Positions 15,501 through 39,400 of a DNA stretch of 64,000 nt are shown one piece after another. How positions within the stretch are numbered: the first letter of the stretch is position 1; the number at the start of each line of letters is the position of its first letter. The notes beneath the pieces are model-generated. The model saw only the letters and a program-made list of their open reading frames with translations. It had not been told where the DNA came from and did no database searches. The stretch comes from the human T2T-CHM13v2.0 reference genome, Homo sapiens, in NCBI RefSeq assembly GCF_009914755.1, contig NC_060938.1; one strand, written 5' to 3'. The translations under genes and the position numbers were made by a program.

Positions 15501-18500
15501 CTGCCTATGGGGGCATTGTGAGTTATCTCTGCACTGATCACACAGGAGATGTGACTCTTGTCTAAGCTCTGCGTAGAGGGGCATTGGGACATATCTCTGC
15601 ACTGATCGCTGAGGTGATGTAAAACTTGTCTAGGCTTTGCCTACAGTGAGATTTATGACATATCTCTACACTGATCACCCAGCTGATGTAACTCTTGTCT
15701 ATGCTTTGCTTACAGGGGGTATTGTGAGATATATCTGCACTGATCACCCAGGTGATGTAACTCTTCTCTAGCCTCTGCCTACAGGGTTATTTTAACATAT
15801 CACTGCACTGATCACCGAGATGATGTAACTGTTTTATAGGTTTCGCCGAGAGGGGGCATTGAGACATATCTCTGCACTGACCACCGAGGTGATGTAACTC
15901 TTCTCTGGGATCTGCTTACAGGGGGCATTGTGACATATATCTGCCCTGATAACCCAGGTTATGTAACTCTTGTCTAGGCTGTGCCTACTGGAGACATTGT
16001 GACATATCTCCCCACTGATCACCAAGGTGTTGTCACTTTTGTCAAGGATATGGCTACAGGGACATTGTGACATGACACTGCACTGATCACACAGCTGATA
16101 TAACACTTATCTAGGCTCTGGCTACAGGGGGCTTGTGACACATCTCTGCACTGATCACCCAGGTGATGTAACCCTTGTCTAGGTTCTGGCAAAAGGGGTC
16201 ATTTTGACATAACACTGCACTGATCACCCAGGTGATGGGACTCTTTTCTAGGCTCTGCCTACAGGGGCACTGTGACATGTCTCTGCAGTGATTACGCAGG
16301 TGATGTAACTCTTGTATAGGCTACACCGACAGGGGGCATTGAGACAAATCTCTGCACTGATCACCGAGGTGATGCCACTCTTGTCTGGGATCTTCTTACA
16401 GGGGGCATTGTGACTTATCTCTGCCTTGATCACCCAGGTGATGTAACTCTTGTCTAGGCTCTGCCTATTGGAGACATTGTGACATATCTCCGCACTGATC
16501 ACCCAGGTGATGTCACTTTTGTCAAGGATATGGCTACAGGGACATTGTGACATGTCACTGCTCTGATCACACAGCTGATGTAACTCTTGTCTAGGCTCTG
16601 GCTACAGGGGGCTTGTGACACATCTATGCACTGATCACCCAGGTGATGTAACCATTTTCTAGGCTCTGCCAAAAGGGGGCATTGTGACATAACTCTGCAC
16701 TGATCACCCAGGTGATGGTACTCCTGTCTAGGATCTGCCTACAGGGGCATTGTGACATATCTCTGCAGTGATCGCGCAGGTGAGGTAACTATTGTCTACA
16801 TCTGCCTACTGGCGGCATTGTGGCATATTTCTGCACTGATCACCCAGGTGATGGACTCTTGTCTTGGATCTGCCTATGGGGGCATAGTGACATATCTCTG
16901 CACTGATCACTCATGTGATGTAACGCTTGTCTAAGCTGCGCCTAAAGGGGAATTGTGACAGATATCTCCACTGATCACCCAGGTGATGTAACAATATTCT
17001 GGGATTTGTCTACAGGGGGCTTTCTGACATATATTTGCACTGATCACCCAGGAGATTTAACATTTGTCTAGGCTCGGCCTACAGGGGCTTTGTGACATAT
17101 TTCTGCACTGATCACCCAGGTGATGTAACACTTGTCTAGGCTCCGCCTACAGGGGGTTGGTGACATATCTCTGCACTTATCACCCAGGTGATGTAACTCT
17201 TGTCTAGGCTCCACCTACAGGGGGTATTGTGACGTATCTCTGCACTGATCATCCAGGTGTTGTATCATTTATCTAGGCTCAGCCTACAGGGGCGTTTTGA
17301 CATAGCTCTGCACAGATCACCTAGGTTATGTAACTCTTGTCCACTCTCTGCCTACAGGGGGCATTGTGAAATATCTCTGCACTGATCACCCAGGTGATGG
17401 GACTTTTCTCTATACTCTGCCTAGAGGGGGATTTGTGATATACCTCTGCACTGATCACCCAGGTGATGGAAGTCTTGTCTAGGCTCTGTCTTCAGGGATT
17501 TTTGTGACATATCACTGCACTGATCACCTAGGTGATGTAAGCCTTGTATAGGCTTTGCCTACAGAAGGCTTTGTGACATATCTAAGCAGTGATCTTTGAG
17601 GTGATGCAACTCTTGTCTAGGCACTGCCTACAGGGGACATTTGTACATATCTCTGCACTGATCACCCAGGTGTGGACTCTTGTCTTAGATCTGCCTACAT
17701 GGACATTGTGACACATCTCTGAACTGATCAACCAAGTGATGAATCTCTTGTCTAGGCTCTGCCTACAGGGGCTTTGTGAAACATCTCTACACTGATCACC
17801 CTGAGGATGGAACTCTTGTCTACGCTCTGCCTAGAGGAGGCTTTATGACTTATACCTGCCCTGAAAACCTAGGTTATGTAACACTTGTCTAGGATCTGCC
17901 TACACGGGAATTCTCACATATCTCTTCACTGATCACCCGGCTCATGTAACTCCTGTCTAGGTTCAGCCTACAGGAGCGTTTTGACATATCTCTGCACTGA
18001 TCACCCAAGTGATGTAACCCTTTTCTAAGCACTGCCTACAGGGGCATTGTGACAGATCTCTCCACTGCTCACCCAGGTGATGTAACAATTGTCTGGGCTT
18101 TGCCTACAGGGGGCTTTGTGATGTACATTTCCACTGATCAAACAGGTGATGTAACACTTGTCAAGGTTCTGCTTGCAGGGGTTTGTGACATATCTGTGCA
18201 CAGATCACCCCAGGGAGGAAAGACTTGTCTACACTCTGCCTACAGGAGGCTTTATGACTTATCCCTGCAATGATCACTAGGTGATGTAACACTTGTCTAG
18301 GCTCTGTCTATATGGGAATTTTCACATATCTCTACACTGATCACCTAAGTGATGTAACCCTTGTCTAGGTTCAGCCTACTGGGGATTTCTGACATACCTA
18401 TGCACTGATCACCGTGGTGATGTATATCATTTCCAGGTTTTTTGTACTGGGGACATTGTGATATATCTCTGAACTGATCACCCAAATGTTGCAAATCTCT

Positions 18501-18578
18501 AGGCTCTGCAGGGAGGGGGCATTGTGACATATTTCTGAACTGATCATCCAGGAGATGTAACTATTCTGCAGGCTTTGA
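12520..18578 (-). repeat. Beta satellite array 3, ~89 monomers
   Basis: 68-bp tandem monomers. Confidence 0.95.
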
Positions 18579-21279
<2,701 letters not shown>

Positions 21280-24200
21280 TGACACATCTCTGAACTGATC
21301 AACAAAGGGATACACCACTTGTCTAGGCTCTGCCTTCAGGGGCTTTGTGACATATCCCTGCACTGATCACCCAGGTGATGGGACTTTTGTCTAGGCTCTG
21401 CCTATGGGGGCATGGTGACATATCTCTACACTGATCACCTAGGTGATGTAACTCTTGTGTTGGATCTGCCTATGGGGGCATTGTGACATATTTCTGCACT
21501 CATCTCCCAGGTGATGGGACTCTTATCTAGGCTCTGTGTGTGGGGGCTTTGTGACATATCTCTGCACTGATCACCCAGGTGATGTTACGTTTGACTAGTC
21601 TCTGCCTACGGGGCATAGTGACATATCACTGCATTGATCACCCAGGTGATGTAACTCTTGTCCAGGCTCTGCCTATAGGGGGCCTTGTGACATATCTCTG
21701 CACTGATCATCTAGGTGATATAACACTTGCTTACGCTCTGCCTGCAGGGGCATTGTGAAATATCTCTGCACTGATCACCCAGGTGATGGGACTGTTTTCT
21801 AGGCTCTGCCTACTGGGGGCATTGTCACATATTACTGCACTGATCATCCAGGTGACGGAGTCTTGTTTTGGATTTGCCTATGGGGACATTGTGACACATA
21901 TCTGCACTGATCACCCAGGTGATGTAACACTGGTCTGAGCTCTGCCTAAAGGGGCTTTGTGACAGATCTCTGCACTGATCACTCAGGTGATGTAACTATT
22001 GTCTAGGCTCTGCTTAAAGGGGCCTTGTCACATATCTCTGCACTGATCACCCAGGTGATGTAACTCTTGTCTAGGCTCTGCTTACAGGGGGTATTGTGAC
22101 ATATCTCTGCACTGATCACCTAAGTGATGTAACACTTGTGTAGGCTCTGTCTACAGGGGCATTTTGACATATCTCTGCACTGCTAACCGAGGTGATGTAA
22201 CTCTTGTGTAGGCTGTACCCACAGGGGGATTGAGACATATCTCTGCACTGATCCCGAGGTGATCCAAGTCTTGCCTGGTCTCTGCCTACTGGGGACATTG
22301 TGACATATCTCTGCACTGATCTCCCAGGTGCTGTAACTTTAGTCCAGGCTCTGGTTACAAGGCATTGTGACATATCTCTGGACTGATCACCCAGGTGATA
22401 TAACTCTTCTCTAGGATCTGCCTACAGGGTGCTTTGTGACATATCCCTGCAATGATCACCCAGGTGATATACCACTTGTCAAGTCTCTGCCTACAGGTTC
22501 ATTGCGATGTATTTCTGCACTGATCACCTACTTCATGTAAACCTTGTCTAGGCTCTGCCTACAGTGTCATTTAGACATATCTCTGCACTAATCACGCAGG
22601 TGATGTAACTGTTTTCTAGGATCTGCCTACAGAGTGCTTTGTGATACATCCGTGCAATGATCACCCAGGTGATGTACCACTTGTCAAGCCTCTGCCTACA
22701 GGGACATTGCGATGTATCTCTTCACAGATCACCTAGGTCATGTAACTCTTGTCAAGGATCTGCCAACAGTGGCATTGTGGAATATCTCTACACTGTTCAT
22801 CCAAGTGATGTAACCCTTGTCTAGGATCTGCCTAAAGGGACTTTGTGACATAACTCTGCCCTGATCATTCAGGTGATGGGGCTTTTTTCTAGGCTCTGCC
22901 TAAGGGGGCATTGTGACATATTTTTGCACTGATCACCCAGGTCACGGACTCTTGTCTTGGATCTGCCTATGGGGGCATTGGGACATATCTCTGTACTGAT
23001 CACCCAGGTGATGTAACTGTTGTATAAGCTCTGCCTACAGGGGAATTGTGAGAGATCTCGCCACTGATCACCCAAGTGATGTAACGATAGTCTAGGCTTT
23101 GCCTACAGGGGCCTTTGTGACATACCTTTGCACTGATCACCCAGGTGATGTAACTCATCTAAGTTCTGCCTACAGGACCTATGTGACATATCTCTGCACT
23201 GATCACTTAGGTGATGTAACACTTTTATAAGCATTGCCTACAGGGAAATTTGACAAATCTCTGCACTGATCACCCAGGTGATGTAACTCATCTAAGTTCT
23301 GCCTACAGGAGCTATGTGACATATCTCTGCACTGATCACTTAGGTGATGTAACACTTTTATATGCACTGCCTAAAGGGTATTTTGACAAATCTCTGCACT
23401 GATCACCTACGTGATGTAACTTTTGTCTACCATCTGCCCAAAGGGGGCATTGTGAAATATCTCTGCACTGATCACCCAGGTGATTCAACTCTTGTCTAGG
23501 ATCTGCCTACAGGGGGTATTGTGAAATATCTCTGCACTGATCAACTAGGTGATGTAACTCTTGTCTAGACTCTGCCTACAGGGCCGTTTTCACATGTCCC
23601 TGAACTGATGACAAAGATGATGTAACTCTTGCCTAGGCTTTGCCTACAGGGGATATTGTGACATATCTCTGCACTGATCACCCAGGTGATGCAACTCTTC
23701 TCTATTCTCTGCCTACAGGGGACATTGTGACTTTTCTCTGCACTGATCACCCATGTGATGCAACTCTTCTCTATGCTCTGCCTACAGGGGTCATTGTGAC
23801 ATATCTCTGCACTGATCACCCAGGTGATGTAACTCTTTTCTAGTCTCTGCCTACAGAGGGCGTTGTGACATCACTATGCACGGATCATCCGGGTTATGTA
23901 ACACTTGTCTAGGCTCTGCCAATGGGGTCATTGTGACATATCTCTGCAGTGATCACCCAGGAGATGGGACTCTTGTCTAGGCTCTGCCTACAGGAGCATT
24001 GTGACATATCTCTGCAGTGATCACGCAGGTGATGTAACTCTTTTCTATATCTGCCTACTGGTGGCATTGTGGCAGATTTCTGCACTGATTACCCAGGTGA
24101 TGGACTCTTGTCTTGGATCTGCCTATGGGGGCATAGTGACATATCTCTGCACTGATCACTCATGTGATGTAACGCTTGTCTTAGCTGCGCCTAAAGGGGA

Positions 24201-25831
24201 ATTGTGACAGATAACTCCACTGATCACCCAGGTGATGTAACAATTTTCTGGGATTTGTCTACAGGCGGCTTTGTGACATATCTTTGCTCTGATCACCCAG
24301 GAGATGTAACTCTTGTCTAGGCTCGGCCTACAGGGGCTTTCTGACATATTTCTGCACTGATCACCCAGGTGATGTAACTCCTGTTTAGGCTCTGCCTACA
24401 GGGGGTATTGTGACGTATCTCTTCACTGATCACCCAGGTGATGTAACTCTTCTCTAGGCTCCACCTACAGGGGGTATTGTGACGTATCTCTGCACTGATC
24501 ACCCAGGTGATGTAACATTTATCTAGGCTCTGCCTACAGGGGCGTTATGACATAGTTCTGCACAGATCACCTAGGTTATGTAACTCTTGTCCACACTCTG
24601 CCTACAGGGGGCATTGTGAAATATCTCTTCACTGATCACCCAGGTGATGGAAGTCTTGTCTAGGCTCTGTCTATGGGGGCATTGTGTCCAATATCTGCAC
24701 TGATCACCCAGGTGATGCAACTCTTGTCTAGGCTCTGTCTACAGGGATTGGTGTGACATATCACTACACTGATCACCTAGGAGATGTAAACCTTGTATGG
24801 GCTCTTCCTACAGAAGGCTTTGTGACATATCTATGCACTGACCTCTGAGGTGATGCAACTCTTGTCTAGGCACTGCCTACAGGGGATATTGGTACATATC
24901 TCTGCACTGATCACCCAAGTGATGGGCTCTTGTCTTAGACCTGCCTACATGGACATTTTGACACCTCTCTGAACTGATCTACCAAGTGATGAAACTGTTG
25001 TCTGGGCTCTCCCTACAGGGGCTTTGTGACACATCTCTGCACTGATCACCCTGGGGAGGGAACTCTTGTCTACATTCTGCCTATAGGAGGCTTTATGTCT
25101 TATACCTGCAATGATAACCTAGTTGATGCCACCCTTGTCTAGACTCTGCCTACACGGGAATTCTCACATATCTCTGCACTGATCACCCAGGTGATGTAAC
25201 TCCTGTCTAGGTTCAGCTTAAAGGAGTGTTTTGACATATCTCTGCACTGATCACCCAGGTGATGTAACCCTTGTCTAAGCTCTGCCTACAGGGCATTGTG
25301 ACAGATCTCTCCACTGCTCACCCAGGTGATGTAACAATTGTCTGGGCTTTGCCTACAGGGGGCTTTGTGACATACATTTCCACTGATCAAACAGGTGATG
25401 TATCCCTTCTCTAGGTACAGCTTACAGGGGCTTTGTGACATATCTCTGCACTGATCAACCCTGGGAGGAAACAGTTGTCTACACTCTGCGTACGGGAGGC
25501 TTTGCGACTTATCTCTGCACTGATCATTAGGTGATGTAACACTTGTCTAGGCTCTGTCTACACGGGAATATTCACATATCTCTACACTCATCACCTAAGT
25601 GAAGTAAAACTTGTCTAGGTTCAGCCTACTGGGGATTTCTGACATATCTATGCACTGATCACCGAGGTGATGTAAATCATTTCCAGGCTTTTTGTACGGG
25701 GGACATTGTGATATATCTCTGCACTGATCACCCAAATGATGCAAATCTTCTCTAGGCTCTGCAGGGAGGGGGCATTGTGACATATTTCTGAAACGATCAT
25801 CCAGGAGATGGAACTATTCTCCAGGCTTTGA
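21280..25831 (-). repeat. Beta satellite array 4, ~67 monomers
   Basis: 68-bp tandem monomers. Confidence 0.95.
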
Positions 25832-28562
<2,731 letters not shown>

Positions 28563-31500
28563 TGACACATCTCTGAACTGATCAAAAAACTGACGTAACA
28601 CTTGTCTAGGCTGTTCCTGCAGGGGCTTTGTGACATATCTCTGCACTGATCACCCAGGTGATGGGACTTTTGTCTAGGCTCTGCCTATGGGGGCATTGTG
28701 ACATATGTCTACACTGATCCCCCAGGTGATGTAACACTTGTGTTGGATCTGCCTATGTGGGCATTGTGACATATTTCTGCAGTGATCACCCTGGTGATGG
28801 GACACTTGTCTAGGCTCTGTGTATGGGGGCTTTGTGACATATCTCTGCACTGATCACCCAGGTGATGTTACGTTTGACTAGTCTCTGCCTACGGGGCATA
28901 GTGACATATCACTGTATTAATCACAGAGGTGATGTAACTCTTGTCCAGGCTCTGCCTATAGGGCCCCTTGTGACATATCTCTGCACTGATCATCTAAGCG
29001 ATGTAACTCTTTCTTACGCTCTGCCTGCAGGGGCATTGTGAAATATCTCTGCACTGATCACCCAGGTGATGTAACTCATCTAAGTTCTGCCTACAGGAGC
29101 TTTGTGATATATCTCTGCACTGATCACTTAGGTGATGTAACACTTTTATAAGCACTGCCTACAGGGAATTTTGACAAATCTCTGCACTGATCACCTAGGT
29201 GATGAAACTCTTGTCTACCCTCTGCCCAAAGGGGGCATCGGGAAATATCTCTGCACTGATCACCCAGGTGATTCAACTCTTGTCTAGGATCTGCCTACAG
29301 GGGGTATTGTGAAATATCTCTGCACTGATCAACTATGTGATGTAACTCTTGTCTAGGCTGTGCCTACAGTGGCGTTTTCACATATCCCTGAACCGATGAC
29401 AAAGGTGATGTAACCCTTGCCTAGGCTTTGCCTACAGGGGACATTGTGACATATCTCTGCACTGATCACCCAGGTGATGCAACTCTTCTCTATGCTCTGC
29501 CTACAGGGGACATTGTGACATATCTCTGCACTGATCACCCAGGTGATGCAACTCTTCTCTATACTCTGCCTACAGGGGGCATTGTGACATATCTCTGCAC
29601 TGATCACCCAGGTGATGTAACTCCTTTCTACTCTCTGCCTACAGAGAGCGTTGTGACATCACTCTGCACGGATCACCAGGATTATGTAACTCTTGTTTAG
29701 GCTCTGCCTATGGGGGCATTGTGATTTATCTCTGCACTGATCACCCAGGAGATGTGACTCTTGTCTAAGCTCTGCCTAGAGTGACATTGGGACATATCTC
29801 TGCACTGATTGCTGAGGTGATGTAAAACTTGTCTAGGCTTTGCCTACAGTGGAATTTATGACATATCTCTGCACTGATCACCCAGGTGATGTAACTCTTG
29901 TCTAGGCTCTGCTTACAGGGGGTATTGTGAGATATCGCTGCACTGAACACCCAGGTGATGGAACAATTGTCTAGGCTCTGCCTACAGGGGCATTTTAACA
30001 TATCACTGCACTGATCAACGAGATGATGTAACTCTTGTATAGGCTTCGCTGACAGGGGGCATTGAGATATATGTCTGCACTGATCACCGAGGTGATGCAA
30101 CTCTTGTCTGGGATCTGCTTACAGGGGGCATTGTGACATATCTCTGCCCTGATCACCCCGGTGATGTAACTTATGTCTAGGCTCTGTCTGCTGGAGACAT
30201 TGTGACATATCTCCCCACTGATCACCCAGGTGATGTCACTTTTTTCAAGGATATGGCTACAGGGACATTGTGACATGTCACTTCACTGATCACACAGCTG
30301 ATGTAACTCTTGTCTAGGCTCTGGCTACAGGGGGCTTGTGACACATCTCTGCACTGATCACCGAGGTGATGTAACCCTTGTCTAGGCTCTGCCAAAAGGG
30401 GGCATTGTGACACAACTCTGCACTGATCACCCAGGTGATGGGACCCTTGTCTAGGCTCTGCTTACAGGGGCATTGTGACATATCTCTGCAGTGATCACGC
30501 AGGTGATGTAACTCTTGTCTATATCTGCCTACTGGTGGTATTATGTCATCTTTCTGCACTGATCACCCAGGTGATGGACTCTTGTCTTGGATCTGCCTAC
30601 GGGGGCATAGTGACATATCCCTGCACTGATCACTCATGTGATGTAACACTTGTCTAATCTGCACCTAAAGGGGAATTTTGACACATATCTCCACTGATCA
30701 CCCAGGTGATGTAACAATTTTCTCGGATTTTTCTACTGGGGGCTTTGTGACATATCTTTGCACTGATCACTCAGGAGATGTAACTCTTGTCTAGGCTCGG
30801 CCTACATGGGCTTTGTGACATATTTCTGCACTGATCACCCAGGTGATGTAACTCTTGTCTAGGCTCCACCTACGGGGGTATTGTGACGTATCTCAGCAAG
30901 GATCACCCAGGTGATGTAACATTTATCTAGGCTCTGCCTACAGGGGCGTTTTGACATAGCTCTGTACAGATCACCCAGGTTATGTAACTCTTGTCCACTC
31001 TCTGCCTACAGGGGGCATTGTGAAATATCTCTGCACTGATCAACTAGGTGATGTAACTCTTGTCTAGGCTCTGCCTACAAGGGAGTTTTCACATATCTCT
31101 AAACTGATGACAAAGGTGTTGTAAGTCTTGCCTAGGCTTTGCCTACAGGAGACATTGCAACATGTCTCTGCACTGATCACCCAGGTGATGCAACTCTTCT
31201 CTATGCTCTGTCTACAGGGGACATTGTGACATATCTCTGAACTGATCACCCAGGTGATGCAACTCTTTTCTAGTCTCTGCCTACGGAGGGCGTTCTGATA
31301 TCACTCTGCACGGATAACCGTGGTTATATTACTCTTGTCTAGGCTCTTCCTATGGGGGCATTGTGACTTATCTCTGCACTGATCACCTAGGAGATGTGAC
31401 TCTTGTCTAAGCTCTGCCTAGAGAGACATTGGGACATATCTCTGCACTGATCGCTGAGGTGATGTAAAACTTGTCTAGGCTTTGCCTACAGTGGGATTTA

Positions 31501-33607
31501 TGACATATCTCTGCACTGATCACCCAGGTGATGTAACTCTTGTCTAGGCTCTGCTTACAGGGGGTATTGTGTGATATCTCTGAACTGATCACCCAGGTGA
31601 TGTAACTCTTGTCTAGGCTGTGCCTGCAGGGGCATTTTCACGTATCACTGCGCTGATCACTGAGATGATGTAACTCTTGTATAGGCTTTGCCGACACGGG
31701 GCATTGAGACATATCTCTGCACTAATCACCGAATTGATGCAACTCTTGTCTCGGATCTGCTTACAGGGGGCATTGTGACATAACTCTGCCCTGATCACCC
31801 AGGTGATGTAACTCTTGTCTAGGCTCTGCCTACTGGAGACATTCTGACATATCTCTGCACTGATCACCCAGGTGATGTCACATTTTTCAAGGATATGGCC
31901 AGAGGGACATTATGACTTGTCACTGCACTGATCACACAGCTGATGTAACTCTTGTCTAGGCTCTGGGTACAGGGGACTTGTGACACATCTCTGCACTGAT
32001 CCCCCAGGAGTTGTAACTCTTGTCTAAGCTCGGCCTACAGGTAATTTGTGACATATTTCTGCACTGATCACCCAGGTGATTTAACTCTTGTTTAGGCTCT
32101 GCCTACAGGGGCTTTGTGACATATCTCTGCACTGATCACCCAGGTGATGTAATTCTTGTCTAGGCTCCACCTACAGGGTGTATTGTGACGTATGTCTGCA
32201 CTTATCACCCAGGTGATGTAACATTTATCTAGGCTCTGCCTAAAGTGGCGTTTTGACATAGCTCTGCACAGATCACCTAGCTTATGTAGGTCTTGTCCAC
32301 TCTCTGCCTGCAGGGGGCATTGTGAAATACCTCTGCACTGATCACCCAGGTGTTGGGGCTCTTCTCTATACTCTGCCTAGAGGGGGATTCGTGACATATC
32401 TCTGCACTAATCACCAAGGTGATGGAAGTCTTGTCTAGGCTCGGTCTATGGGGGCATTGTGTCAAATATCTGCACTGATCACCCAGGTGATGTAACTCTT
32501 TCGTAGGCTCTGTCTACAGGGATTTTTGTGACATATCACTGCACTGATCACCTAGGTGATGTAAGCCTTTTATGGGCTTTGCCTACAGAAGGCTTTGTGA
32601 CATATCTATGCACTCATCTCTGAGGTGATTCATCTCTTGTCTAGGCACTGCCTACAGGGGTCATTGGTACATATCTCTGCACTGATCACCGAGGTGATGG
32701 ATTCTTTTCTTAGATCTGCCTACATGGATATTGTGACACATCTCTGAACTGATCAACCAAGTAATGAAACTCTTGTCTAGGCTCTGCCTACAGGGGCTTT
32801 GTGACACATCTCTGCACTGATCACCCTGGGGAGGGAACTCTTTTCTATGCTCTGTCTTCAGGAGTCTTTACGACTTATACCTGCACTGATAACCTAGGTG
32901 ATGTAACACTTGTCTAGAGTCTGCCTACACGGGTATTCTCAAATATCTCTGCACTGATCACCCGGGTGATGTAACTCCTCTCTAGGTTCAGACTACAGGA
33001 GCGTTTTGACATATCTCTGCACTGATCACCCAGGTGATGTAACCCTTGTCTAAGCTCTGCCTACAGGGGCATTGTGACAGATCTCTCCACTGCTCACCCA
33101 GGTGATGTAACAATTGTCTGGTCTTTGCCTACAGGGGGCTTTGTGATATACATTTCCACTGATCAAACATGTGATGTAACCCTTGTCAAGGTTCTGCTTA
33201 CAGGGGCTTTGTGACATATCTCTGCACTGATCACCCCAGGGAGAAAACACTTTTATTCACTCCGCCTACAGGAGGCTTTACGACTTCTCCCTGCACTGAT
33301 CACTAGGTGATGGAACACTTGTCTAGTATCTGTCTACACGGGAATTTTCACATATCTCTCCACTGATCACCTAAGTGATGTAACCCTTGTCTAGGTTCAG
33401 CCTACTGGGGATTTCTGACATACGTATGGACTGATCACCGAGGTGATGTAAATCATTTCCAGGCTTTTTGCACAGGGGACATTGTGATATATCTCTGCAC
33501 TGATCACCCAAATGATGCAAATTTTCTCTAGACTCCGCAGGGGGGAGCATTGTGACATATTTCTTAACTGATCATCCAGGAAGATGTAACTATTCTCCAG
33601 GCTTTGA
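28563..33607 (-). repeat. Beta satellite array 5, ~74 monomers
   Basis: 68-bp tandem monomers. Confidence 0.95.
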
Positions 33608-34970
33608 CTAAAGAGCATCGGAAGGTGTTGGGAGATCCTCAGCCGGAATTTCTCAGACGGACAAGGGCACAGAGAGGCCAGCGGGCTCCCTTGCACGTCA
33701 GCTGGTGTGCGCAGTGAGCGCAGGTCTAGCCAGGAGGCCGGCAAAGACAGCTAGAGGTCGGCGTTCCGCCATCAGGTGCTCCATGCTGGCAGCTGGGACG
33801 CTGCAGGGGCATGGGCGGGCCGGCGACGGTAGCACGGAGGCGCAGAGGAGGCGAGCCGCCAGAGTGGAGTGAGGCCTGGACACTGCGCGGGCCGGTGTTT
33901 CACGGCACGGGGGTCTCCACCTCGCCCAGGGGAGGACGCATTTCCCCGGGGTGGGGAGTGGGGGTGGGGAGGTGATGGTCAGGCGGGTGTGGGGTTGTGG
34001 AAAAGCTCCATATCTCTGCCCGGGCTGCTCCCACAGCCCAGGCGGCTGCCCGCAAACCCGCATGTGTGCAGTAGGCGGCACACCTGCTGGTACCTGGGCC
34101 GGCTCTGGGATCCCCGGGATGCCCAGGAAAGAATGGCAGTTCTCCGCTGTGTGGAGTTTCTCACCGGGCCTAGACCTAGAAGGCAGGAATCCCAGGCCCG
34201 TCAGCCCAGTGCAGGGGGCGTGGGGAAGACATGCCCCTCCATAGCCAGCCAGGTGTTCCCCACGAAAGAGAGGCCACCGCCCTGCACCGACCCGACCACG
34301 TCCCAACCTCGCATCCTAAATCTCCTCCAGCAGAGCCCAGTATTCTTTCCTGCTGAGGGGTGATTCCAGCGTGGCGGCGTCGTCCAAGGCCTAGATCTCC
34401 CCTGGGGCCTCCGTTTCTAGGAAAGGTTGCGCCTGCTGCAAAAATTCTGGGCTCGCCAGGAGCTCATCCAGCAGCAGGCCGGAGGGGAGTGCAGACGAGC
34501 GCCCCGGCTCCTGGAGCACCTGGGATGGCTCCGGGATGTCTTGCATCTGCCCCTGCCACGTGGAGGCCTCCGCTGGCACGGTCTGGCGAGGTGGAGCTGC
34601 CCCGGCTTGGGGTTCCCACGCCGCCTCGGCGACCTTGGGTCCCCAGCACCAGCCACACCATGGACTCCCCAGGGACGCGGTTGACACAAGCACACCTTGG
34701 CCCTGTGGCCCCGAGGAGCCTGAGGGTGGGAGAGCGCCCCTTCCAGAGGAGCCGGGGTGGCGTAGGGAAAATCCCCGCGTGCCGGGGCAGGTTGGGAGAT
34801 TCCCTCTGCCAGCGTGGCCTGGCTGGGCTGGAGCACGGGGACAGCCCTCACTCCCTCGCTCATGAAAGACCCCTGTTGGAGAGCCCCATGCGCGCAGGGC
34901 ACGTTGGGTGCGGGAAGCCCCGTTCCCCACACGCCGGTGTGGGCGAAAGCGACCCACGAGGGAGAAGGGG

Positions 34971-35690
<720 letters not shown>

Positions 35691-36279
35691 ACACCGGAAG
35701 GGTCCCAGGGCGTCGAGGCCTGTGGCCGGGTGGAGGTGGGGTGGGGGGGGAGGGTGTGGTGATGGCGGTGGTGGGGCCGGAGACACTAAGAGGAAGGGGG
35801 CGAGGGGGAAGGGGTGAGGGGAGCTTGTTTCCGGGGCTGGCTCTCTGGACCTTTTCAGGAATCCGGCGGGAACTGGAAGCCGCTCTCTGGGCTCCCACAC
35901 ATCTTCAGCAGGGAGAAGCCGGCCTGGGAGGGTGGAGGGGAGTGTGGAACTGAACCTCCGTGGGAGTCTGGAGTGTTCCAAGCCCTCTCTCCCTGAAGGA
36001 GGCAGTGCCTGTGGGTGTCACCATTGCCGGGACAGTCTCACACAGGCAGGTGTGTGGCTCTCGTTCATTTCCACATAGGAGACCAGAGCGAGACCCCAGA
36101 GAGAAGATGCCTCCCCAGCATCATGGCCTGACAATGGATTCTCGTGTGCGGCAACATGGGGAGTCTGCAGTGTGGCAGGTTTGGAAACCGGCAAGGAGAG
36201 CGAAGGCACCATGCCGGTCTTCAACCCTTCCCTGCATGTTTCCGTGTTCCCGCAGAGCTCCGGGTGCACAAAGTCAGCA

Positions 36280-39400
<3,121 letters not shown>

